This document shows, piece after piece, positions 11,703 to 23,700 of a stretch of DNA of 64,000 nt. The stretch covers positions 22,816,001 to 22,880,000 of the forward strand of contig NC_135760.1 of NCBI RefSeq assembly GCF_052425735.1, in the 5' to 3' direction. The notes below the pieces were generated by a model that was given only the letters and a program-made list of their open reading frames with translations, made no database searches and had not been told where the DNA came from. Position 1 is the first letter of the stretch, and each line of letters begins with the position of its first letter. A program made the translations under genes and the position numbers. Source of the DNA: Oculina patagonica. Taxonomy: Eukaryota.

Positions 11703-14700
11703 ATGGTCACTTGTAGCCAAATTTGTGATGTCGTACTTACGGCCTTCTTTGAGTACGATACAGCCAAAATCGTGCACATAAAAAGCAAGAAGGTTGGACT
11801 TATAAATCGGCTGATACAACTGGTTATTATCGTCTACATTATAGGGTAAGTTTTTGGCCTGATTGCACGCTTTGTATTTCGTAATACAGAAGGTGTTTTG
11901 TCTACGGGGTTGGAGACGTGTTAGCTTTTTATTATTCATTCAAAATAAACTCGAAATGTACTAAAAGTCAATAAAGGCGATAGGAGAGGGGTGGACCTAA
12001 AAGGACTGTAGACCGAATTGCAGGGAGATCGCAAGCTTGATTGGTTTCCAAGAAAATAGGATTACAGAAGGGGACCAGAAGCACTGGCTAAAAGCTCAAG
12101 CTTATTACATGTACGTTTTACCTTAATAGTTTTACGCAACTGAAAAAACTAAGACAGGCAAACCTAAACTCACCAAGTCGGAATGCTTAATGGCAGGTCA
12201 ACCATTTTTTTCTTTGAAAATTGGGCTGGGTAATGTTTTTAAAGCTCTTTCAAAAATGAAGTTGTGTAATGAATGTACATGGGGTTTACACAGGGTTGAC
12301 ACATTATGCTAGCATAATTTGGGACACATACTATTGTTGGAGCATCGGAAATAATTCTGGCATAATAGTCTGATTTTGCAGGAAAAAAAAAATAAATAGA
12401 AATAATAATAAAAAATAAAAATAAAAATAAAATAAAAATTGATGGTTCGGCACAGTGACGTGCATGTTATATTTCTCGTGCCTTTGTTGTTTTGTGGGCA
12501 TAATCTGTCAAATTTCCATTTGGCTGCAGCTGTTGTAAGTACTATTGTTAGTAACAACACTGTAGGCTTGATTTCATTTGATTTTCTTTTATTTCCTATA
12601 GAAAAGACCTGAAGTGGCCTTTTTTTCTACAATTTTTTGGGGGGAGGGGGTGAGCCAGCAATTTTTTTCAGCATGATAAGGAGCATAAATTATACTTTTG
12701 GATATTTTTAAAGGCCATTTTAATATCAAAGGACACTAACTACACTTTCCAAACTTCAACCTGTGAAATCCCTACCCTTTATATAACTCCAGCCTAAAAA
12801 AGGCATCCCTTTCGAGGGAGCCTCCCTGTTTAGCCCTCTAAAGGGAGTACTTCCTCCCTCCCCACCAAACAGACAATTGGGGCCCACACTGTAGGATCAC
12901 AGTTTTTTAATTTTTTTTTATTTTTTTTTTTAAGTTGTTGTATTAGGGGTAAAGCAGCTAAAATTTTTCTAATGCAAAGTTTCTCAGATAGAAGCCTAAT
13001 CATCTTTGAAATGCAAATTCCTTTAGTTTCCCCCCAGAATACCCCCCCCCCCAAAAAAAGATAAAATACATCTATCAAAAAGCCTTTAAACAAAGTTTTT
13101 TGTAGCTTAAGATTCTAGGCAGTGAGACTTCAAGGAAGAGAGGCAAGTTTATGAAGGGAACAGTGTGACATTTTATGTAGAGCAAGGAAGCTTCAGTCAC
13201 TGGCCTTTTAAAAGAAGTTTCAATAAGAAGAGTTAAACAAAAACTTTTTGTTAGTGCACTGAAATTACTGAAATTTCTCGGACGTTTTGAGACTTCTGTC
13301 TCTTCTTCTCTTCTTCTCTTTAAAAGTATCAACGCTGATGATGAGGCAGAAGTCTCAAAGCATCCGAGAAATTTCGTATTTCAGCGCATTAACAAAAAGT
13401 TTTTGTTTAATTTTTGTCATATCATACATGTGCTACACAGTTTTTTCCTGATTTGTGTTTTTCAATAAGAAGAGTAGTTTTGTCCAAAAAAATATGCATT
13501 TTATTGAATAAATATTTTATTACTCTTTTTAAATTTTAAGATATGTGATTGTTTACAAGAAGGGGTACCAGGAGTTTCAGAAGCCCTACAGTTCTGTAAC
13601 AACAAAAGTGAAGGGCCTATCACTTACAAACTTAACAAACAGCAGCAACGAACTCCCACTGTATGGAGGTGTTCATGTCTGGGACTCGTCTGATTTTGTT
13701 GTGCCTCCAGAGGTATTAATACAACATTTTAGTATTTAATTAATTAGTTAATCTTTATTTCAACACAGTTAATTATGCCATCAGCAAAACAAATACTTCA
13801 CATAATCCTTACATAAATACTTATAATTTATTCTAATTATAAGCTATATCATAAGTACTTTAAGGCATGGCATTCATGGAAAGAAGCTTTTTATTAAGAT
13901 ACTACAACTTTTAAATGGAGGTGCGGTGGCCTAATGGTAAGCGCGCTTGACTCTGAGTGGAACGGCCCGGGTTTGAGGCCTGGCCGGGGCGCTGCATTGT
14001 GTTCTTGGGCAAGATACTTGAATTTACTGCTGGGGGTAACCCTGCGATGGACTAGTATCCCATCCAGGGGGGAGTAGCAATACTCCTAGTCGTTTAATGC
14101 TACGGAAGCCGGGATAAGCTCCGGCTGTATGGGCCACTTGGCTCGGACACAGACTTTACCTTTTTACCTTTTACAACTTTTAATTTGTCCAAGGGACTCT
14201 GGTTATATTGCACTGGAAGGTAGACTGTTCCATAGACCATGCTACTATATGTTAAGCTATTTTTTTAATAGTTTGTGTGTGGCAATGGAAAATTGAGTTT
14301 GTTCTCAGTGTCCCTAAGGTTGTACGCGGTTTCACATTTTTCAAATTTAGAACACAGATGGTCTGTAGCCAACCTGTGTAGTACTCAATACTTGTGGTTG
14401 CTTAGTGTGATAACAGAAGCAGTACTAAATCTAAACTAGTTAAACCTAGTAGACCAAGGAAGCTTCAGTCACTGGCCTTTTAAAAGAAGTTTCAATAAGA
14501 AGAGTTAAACAAAAACTTTTTGTTAGTACACTGAAATATGAAATTTCTCGGACATTTTGAGACTTCTGTCTCTTCTTTTCTTCTTCTCTTAAAAGTATAG
14601 ATCTACGCTGATGATGAGACAGAGGTCTCAAAACGTCTGTGAGGGGGGGCACTCAAAAAAGTTTTATACGGGGAGGCTCCGCCCCAAGCTCTTACCCCTT

Positions 14701-17700
14701 ACCCTTTTATATACCATTTTGACAGAAATTGTACCCCTTTCGTATACCCTTTTACTGAAAAAAGGTACCCCTTTCATATACCTAAAATACGTGACATAGC
14801 CTTAGAACAGGACATTTTCTTGTCATTTTGATGAAGCGCTTAATAAATTAAAATAATACAGCCATAAAGTGGGTCTGTTCGAAATATTTTAATTACAGGC
14901 CTTTTAAAAAACCTAAATGACGGATTTCCATACCCTTTCGTATACCTAAACTTGTGAAATCGCTACCCTTTTATATACCTGAAGCCTGAAAAAGGTACCC
15001 CTTTCGGGCGGAGCCTCCCAGTATAGGCCGTTATATGGAGTACTCCCCCCCCCCCGGGAGCAGGTGTTGAAGTAGTATTAAAATTTTGCATTGCAACAGT
15101 CAGCCAGTCATCCAGGTGGCCCTAACCAGGAGGGCAGGGTGTCCTTTTTCTAAAAGTATACCATTCAAATTACTAGCCCTGCTAGATACTTAGTATCTAG
15201 TCATCTAGCTAAAGCCCAGTTTTCAAACACCAAGAATAAGCTACCGTGGAACCTCTATTTAACAAACCACTATATAGTATATAGTAGTCCTTGGTCCTTC
15301 ACCCTAGTAATTAGCAAAATAAATTATATGGAAAAGAACCCTGATATAATGAAACCTTGTTATAGCAAACATATTTTGCCAGTCCCTTGGCCCTTCGTTG
15401 TATCAAGGTTACACTGTACTAATTCCATGAATTAATATAAATTATAGTAAATTGGTGCAAAACCCCTTTTTTCAATGCTTGTCTTGATAACCAAACAATG
15501 ATTTCTGTTTGTTTAATCTAGAGAACTCTTTAAATACAATTTCTCTCTTTCAGTAGTAGTCCTTTATTTTGTTTTGTGTTCTATGTACTCGATATCCCCA
15601 GGGGTAGTACTTGGGATTTCCAGTGAGGGGTATGATCAAATGGGGGCAAAAATCAAGGCCCAAAAAAATCCCTATGGCTTCCAACAAAACCCCAAGAAAT
15701 CCCTGGACTTAGAATTCTTCTTCTTAGTACCTTGCCCCTGGATGGGGGATAGGGTAGGAGGACTTAAAATTAATCCCAAAAAAATCCCATGCCAAATTTC
15801 TGACCCTAAAATTTTTGGAAAGTGGGAATGATATAACAGAAAAAAACAACAACAGAAACACATTTGTTTGTAATTTATTTGCAGAACTTTAGAGCCAAGG
15901 TACTACCAAAAATCCTTAGATTTTTTTTTTCAATACTCCATCAAATCCCTACTTAAGGACCTTCGCGCTAACTGTTTATGCGCATCCCTACTGCACACGT
16001 AATTCATGTCGCAACGTCACGCCACGTCATGCACAAGCGCGCGCGCTGAGAAAACTTTCCAAACACGTATAGGGTTGGTAGCCGTTGCGTTAACTTCGCT
16101 TGCAGTTTCCTCTCTTAAACGGTCTGTGACCCCCACTTTTTTCGGGATATACCACCTTTACCGATAAATCTCTACTGATTGACAAAAAATGAGCAAATTT
16201 CCAATGTTGGAACTTTGTTATTTTTTCATTTTCTCCCCTCGCGCGCGACCAAATTAGTCACATTTTCCAGTCTCGAGTGTTCGCAAATCCAATTCTTTAA
16301 GGCAAGATTTTCCTTAAGGGACTTTAAAACCAAAATATATTTGTACAATAGACCCACTAAAATAAATTCAGACAAAGAAAGTTAGCCTACATCAATTAAT
16401 TTAAAATATATTGTCGCCCGAAGCCGCTGAGGCCATATCGAGTGACGAAGTGAAATTTATCCAAATACGCGCCCTCTTTCGGTTATCATATTTCGGAAAC
16501 GAAGTCGGTGACCCCCACTTTTTTTTACATTTCTGATAAAAGTAACTAATAAACTAGCTCTGGTGAAATTTTAAGAAAAATTGCAATGTTGGAAGATTTT
16601 CGCGCGAACGTCCTTAAATCAAGCCACCCCCAAAAATACTTGCCAAATTTTCCTACCTAAAAAAAAAATCCTGGTATCAAAAAATTCCAAAATATCCCCC
16701 AAAATCCTTTGATCTTTCCCATTACTTGAATCCAGAGTACCCCCCCCCCCCCCTAGGCCCAGACAGATTGTGCTCGGCAACTTTTGAGCAACGTTTTGGG
16801 TTTTTGGGCAACATTTTAGCAACTTTTTGGCTTTAAAAAGAGCAACTTTTCATGATTTTGCGAGCACAATCTGTCTAGGCCTACCCCCCCCTCCCCTGGG
16901 TTGGAGATCATCTACAAAATGGTGATGTTCTCTCATTTGATTTTTTTACCTGCATGTTTCAGATTTTGGCAATGAATATGACACAATGAAAGTAAACTAG
17001 TTTGAAAAAATTTAAAATGTAAACCAACGATAAATTTAAACCACAATTATCCACAACCCCACCCCACCCACTGAGACCATTTGCAAAGAAAGATCGAGAA
17101 GGATTCTGGGATTACAACTGACTCGTCCCCAGGGTATTCCGAGTGTTGCAAGACAATATGGCGGCCATAATCGAAGCAACGGCATCTGAAGGAAAAACGC
17201 CTTTATGGGAAGACTTTAGAAGAGAGATAAGTCATGTAGAAGATGAAGTAGCCGTTGTGACGTCTCAAGTCGCCGAACTGAGAAAAGCAAATGGAAATTT
17301 GAAGGGAAACCACTTGGCACTGGAAGAAAAAGTAAACGTGTTGACGTGTGAAGTGAACGATATGAATCGATCGTTGAAACGTTTTCAGTCAGAACAAGCG
17401 ATTTTTGAAAGGAAAATCGAGGATTTAGATCAGACATGTTATGAGAGAGAGGTTTCTGAAGGAATGAATCTTTTGAGCGAGTTGTGCTGGCAAATACAAT
17501 CTCTTATTTACCGAAAGGTTTTGCCAAATTCTTATGACGATAAAGAGTTTTACCAAGTGAAATACATCGAGGAAGATGTTGATGCTTTGGACAATGAACA
17601 AGAGCGAAGCTTAGCTGCTCAGGTGTGGGCTAAACTCAAGATGGAGCTGAATTGGGAAACGAAACAGTTCAACAGAACGATTAAATCGGTTCAAGAACCA

Positions 17701-20700
17701 AGAATTTATACAACTTATCCTAAATTAACTGAGGACTTGCTTCTTCAGACAGCAACACAAATGAGTAATGCAGGCATGTATGGCACTAAGACCTTTGAAA
17801 GTGTCAAGAAGTTGATCAGCGTATGGAAGAAACTTGTCAAAATACAATGAAAATTGAAATGCGTTGAAACATTATAATTGTGGTTTTGACAAACATGAAC
17901 TCTACAGTTCTGTTTTCACTACCATCAACAACTAACAAACCTTGAAAAACGGAAACAAACAAAAATGGATCAAAATTGATCAATTTATAACCAACAGATG
18001 TGACCTTTTGTCCCGGTTGAAGTGAACTCCTGTTTCCCAAGTGGTCCGCTAAGATGATCGACGGCAGAAAAAAGTGTAAATCATTGGTCAAGATTTGAAA
18101 TTCGGAGTTCAAATGTTTGTGAAAACCGGAATAATTTGTGGCACTTTTCAGAATTTACAAGAAATATGCTGTGAAGTTTACGTGTTTGTTGGTAGAAAAC
18201 TGTTAGACTGACAATTTAATACATTACTTCTAGCACTTTCCAGAACTATGATGTTTTGCACAGCATCGAAATCCTTTTAAGTATTGTTAATCAATGTTTT
18301 GTTGACAGAGGATTCCATCTTTCTGCAAGTTTGATAGGGTGGGAAATTTTAAACAAGAATTAGATTAGGTGTGACAACAATAAAGTTTTTGAGATACTGA
18401 CTTTTGGTATTTTCCTGAACCATGATAGTGTACAGTGTGGAAATCTTACAAACAATGATTCTTTAAATGGAGTCGATTGTTCAATAGAACACTTGAACAA
18501 ATTTTTTTTTCAAATGTTAGCTTGAATTGGTGAACTCCATTCTTGTGCAAGTTTGAAAAGACTTGGAATATTAAACAACAAGTTAATTATATTATAAAAT
18601 TTCTAACATGTTTAAGTTTACAGCCAGGTATGAGAAATTAAGACTTGATTTAGAGCCTTTTTGTGAGCCCATGTGACAACCAGACACCAATACCATTGGA
18701 GCACCATTCACACTTGTAAAAACAGACTACGAGCAGTCACTATTAATTTTATTTTCGCAGTCCGTCAAGCGTCAACGAAATGCCTTGTCCCCAATTTTCA
18801 TGCCTTCACTGAGTTTGGGTTGTTTCCCACCTTAGTACTCCTTGGCCCAAATACTGGATTTTGATTAGTTAAGAGGTTCACTGAGATGACATCACTACGT
18901 GAAAACAAGACAAATTGCCATAACCCGTCAAAGTACTGTTAAGGTCAAGTCTGCATACGAGCCTAATGGCCGATGAGGCTGGGGCTTACCTCTGTTTCGG
19001 TAGCATGTAGCAACTAGGAGTATTTCTACCCCCTGGGTGTTATCCCCCAGCAGTAAATTTGCTACTATCCAATTATCGCTTGCGGAATGGGTGGATAGAG
19101 GTACTATGGAAGTAAAATGTCTTGCCCAAGAACACAACACAGCAACCCCTGCCAGGGCTCGAACCCAGACTGCTCAATCCAGAGTCCAGTGCGCTAACCA
19201 TTAGCTCAGTGCGCCTCCCACACAAGTACTGTACAGATCCCTTGTTCTTTCAACTATAGACTGATGGGCTATATATACTTATTTTATTATTTTACAGGAA
19301 GATAATGCTGTGTTTATTATGACAAACATGATAATCTCACCTAACCAAACCCAATCCACATGTCCTGAGGACCCCAACTTTCCAGATGTAAAGTGCAAAA
19401 AGGACAGCGATTGTAAACGATTAGAACCTGTCAAAACTGGCCATGGTAAGTTACACAGGGGCATTAATGCTTCCAAGAATGCCAAAGTAGAGAATTGAAG
19501 AAGATCCCAAATCGTATTTCTAAATAACATTTTATAATAAAAAATATACTAGAACTTTCATTATTATTGACTCCAGATGTCTGTTGAAATTTTTTTTTTT
19601 TTTTTGGGCCGTTTCATAGACCATTTGCTTTGGTCTTGTTTTTGAAAAGGGACCCAAACGTGGGCAATGTTCTTAAACAAGGAATAATTATCTATTACCA
19701 TTTGGTTTTGCTGACAACAGTTTAATAATTTCTAACATAATCTACGCACTTTCATAAAATAATCTACTTTTTTTAATACCGTTAATTATCAAAACTAGAT
19801 ATGGTCAGTGAAGTTATGAAGTTGTTGGTTTGCCATCTGTTTTAAAAAATTATTTGAGATTTTGTTGTTTTTGTTGTGGTTTAATTTTGTCTTTGGTTTA
19901 AAATTTTTCAAACCAGTTTGGTTTTTATTTTTCATTGTCTCATATTCATTACCGTACCATAATATGAAACAAAGGGCAACAAAAATCAAACTGGTTTGAA
20001 AAATTTTAAACTAAAGATAAAATTAAACCACAACATTTATAACTTATTAATAGTTTCCTTTACTTCTCAGGGCTTAAGACTGGAAAATGTGTGAAAGCTG
20101 ATAGAGAACCATACGATGATGTTTGTGAAATCTACTCTTGGTGCCCAGTGGAGATAGATGAACTTCCCATGCCAGGCTACAATTTGAAGTGTGTAAAATG
20201 TGTGGTTCCAGAAAAAATGTCCATCTCCTGCCAACAGAAGGGCTAAGAAATTCCTGTGGGTGGGTGGGGTCACAAAGGCCAAAAACTTTAAGGAAATGTA
20301 CAAAGCCTAATTGGAATTTACCAGAGGGCTGGGAGGGTCTTAGGAAAAATCCCTTCCATGGGGGAGGTAGTATACAAAATGAGACTTGGGGGAAAGTGTT
20401 TTTGCTAACTGTTTACTGGTGCGTTGGACCCATTAGACATATTAGAATGTGGCTACCATCCCAACTCCCGCCTTACAAAAAACACCATTGAAAATGTAAT
20501 ATTCCCCAAAGTTACTGAAAGTAATACTTCATTTGACAATTTTCTACCACAGAAAGTTTTGTGCCTACATCAATCACTTTCCTCAGGACTCCCTGCAATA
20601 TCTGCTCTTTATAGGAACATTCTGTAGCATGAGCAGATTAAGCGGGGGGCCAAGGGGGCTGCAGTCTCCCTCTTTTCCTTGGCCCTGTTTAAAAACTAAT

Positions 20701-23700
20701 AACCAACTGTTTTTAAGAGGTATTATGCAACCAGGGTTGTGTTATGGGTGTGGGACAAGGTTGCTGTCTTGCCAAATGTTTTCACTCCCCACCCCCTTTC
20801 TGAATTTTCTGTAACCACCTTGTGTACTGCTTTTAAAGATTACTTTTTCAACACTTCTTTTTTCCTTTTATAGGAAAAATGTTCCACTGCTTGATACTGC
20901 AAAGGATTTCACACTGCTCATTAAAAACAATGTACAGTTTCCCAAGTTTGGTGAATCACTGTAAGTATTAGTAATCATCTCATAAGCTCAGAATGTTGTG
21001 TTGTTTCAAAAAATATCAATACCCTACCATGGAAGGTTTTTTGAACGAGTTGTCAAAGCATGAGCCTGGGCTCCCTGTGGTTGTTATAAAAAAATATGTG
21101 GTTTCTTGGAGATATGAAATTTATCTTCTTGTGTTCAATCTATATCTCACGAGTAAGCTTCAAAGATAAATTTCATATCTCCACACACCATGTATTATAC
21201 TCTATACATCACCTTATTGTTTGAAAGTAAATGGGTCGTAAGTTGTTGTTAAAGGACTAATGCAAAAAACTTTCAGAGTTTAGTGTTTAGGCAATATCAA
21301 AGCATTAAATATTTTTTATTTGTCAATTAATCCATTTTGATGTAGGAGAAACATCATTACAGAAAATGCAACCTACTTAAAGACCTGTAGTTACGACCCT
21401 GACACTGATCCTCTGTGCCCTATATTCAATCTTGGAAAAATTGTAGAACTGGCAAAAGTTGACTTTAATGATATAGCATATCAGGTATGTTGGTTTCTAT
21501 TTAGAGGGATTCACTGAGGGGTATTTCCCTTTCTATCATAACTGAGAAAGTTCTAGCGCAATCATTGGTTGAAGGTTATGGTTAATGAGATTATAGACCA
21601 TCCCAGATTATCAACCATTCGGAAAACTTGAGATACTTTGTAAAAAGGCAGCTGGAATGGAACATTTTAGAAGAAATTTCCACACATTTGTCGACTTCAA
21701 GTGAAAAATGTGATCTTATGAACTGTCCCCAGGGGGGTACTCCGGCTTGTAAATGACGGGGATGATCGAAGGATTTTTTGGGGTTTGAAATTTTCGATTC
21801 TGGGATTTTTTTGGGTAAGAAGATTTGGCAAGTATTTTTTTGGGTGACTTGATTCAAATAGGGGACCTTTTAGGGTATAAAAAACAAACTAAAGTGCGTT
21901 GGCGTATTTATGGTATGATGAATAATCAAACGCGAGCGTTATTGCCCCTCCTGGCAATTTAGGGGTAATTTGACAAGGGATTTTTTTAGGGGTTATTTTT
22001 GGTCCAGGGATTTTTTTGGGTAATGTCGGAAGACTTAGGGATTTTCTGGGGTCCTGAGTTTTGCCTTCATTCGATCATCCCGTCATTAACAAGTCGGAGT
22101 ACCCCCCTGGGGAACTGTCACACACACCAATGACTTTGCACTGATTAAGCACCTAATTTGCTGGTAAATTTTACACTTTGACTTCTAGATCATAGAAAAT
22201 AATGCCATAAAATGTCTGTAACATTGATAGAAGTGAAACCATTCACCTAATGGCTTGTCGTTCCACTTGAGTTTTTGAACATTTTTATTTTTATGATGTC
22301 ATTTCTGTGGCCTATAAGAGTGTATGTATACCATGGGGGAATTTGGTCGATTTGTAAAATGTAATCTAATCTATATGTACCTGTACCATGGTATGTGTCA
22401 CCCAGAGCGTTTGGTTTCTATTTCCTCCCACACTCAAACACATCATCCTTACATGTGATTTTGCCTATGTGGGAGAGAACAAAAGATCATGGAATTTGCA
22501 CGGCGCAGAGCACAAGCCAGGCAAAAGATCTGATAACGAAAGCGCAATAAGATTTCACGCGGAAACAACAGACCATGACATTCATCCGGATTATGTAGAA
22601 ATTTTAGAAAGATTTGTCATCAATAGGCAACAACGTCTATTCCTAGAAGCGCTGCATTTTATCTAGGACATTAACTGTGTGAATGAGCATGTGCATTTCC
22701 CACAAGTTTATTTAACATTGGGAACATCCCTAGAGACCGGCCGCGTATGAAAAACTTATTATGCAAAAACTGAACCAATTTTAACTCTGATGAAGGTAGC
22801 AGAGAGTTACCGAAAATTCAGTTTTATACGTTTTTGCCAACATTTTTAGATCAGATACAAACCAAAATTTTATTACATCATCCTTTTTTATTTTCTTTAT
22901 TCTAGGGTGGGGTCATGGCCATAGTCATCACATGGAATTGTAACTTTGACCCACTGGCATATTTTTGTGAACCTAAGTATTCATTCAGAAGGTCAAACAA
23001 CATATGAACGTTTGGTGGTTTTGTTTTTTTTTGGGAATTTTAAATTAGGGGGGATTTTTATAAATGCTTTTATTTAAGTCTGTATCTTATTGATAACTGT
23101 TGTTTGTTAGTTTGGATCCCTTACCTTTAAAAGCTTGCAAATATCTTGTGTTAAAAAAATTGTTTGAAAAAGATTTGCTTGCTACTACAAAGCTACAATC
23201 CTGGAAAAAAGTTCTTGGGACACTTAACAGAATAGTACTGAGTGACAAATCCTTTTGAGTTGTTTTCCGAGCCCCCCTCCCCCCTAAAGAAAACAATGTT
23301 GAAATATTGTTGGATGGGTTGTAGTCAACATTGCATTGGGGGTGGGAAAGAGGAAGTGAAGACAATACCCACCTTTTATCAAAAAGATGAAGTGTCCCAA
23401 GACTTTTGTCTAGGATTGTAGTTAGCATAAAGTAAGTTTTATTAGTTTTTTTTTTTTTAATTGACAAATCTTAATGCCCTTTCTTTGACACAGTACTCTT
23501 ACATTAACCTTATTCTTCTGTGACACGCTGAAAACCCTTGTAAATATTAGCAGCAATAACAGTGCGATCAATGATTCATAATGAGTGATTGAAGTGCTTG
23601 TTTTTTTTTTCTGTTTAGACTGGATGATTCCAAATCACCGATTGCTCCAGGCTATAATTTCAGGCATGTATAATTTTTATTTGTTGGTATTGATACATGT

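Larger units (their letters stand above)
15597..16900. mobile_element. CCCAGG-ended DNA element hosting two nested insertions
   Basis: cccaggggtagtac ... gagtacccc..cccctggg; same family as 21727-22112; the sequence resumes across the TTAA at 15953/16614. Confidence 0.6.

Noticed and set aside
13917-13990. tRNA genes at SINE heads (also ~19150-19220, ~25410-25490, ~58368-58440)
   Set aside because: Embedded in repeat bodies with CORE/tail/TSD or direct repeats; no convincing full cloverleaf
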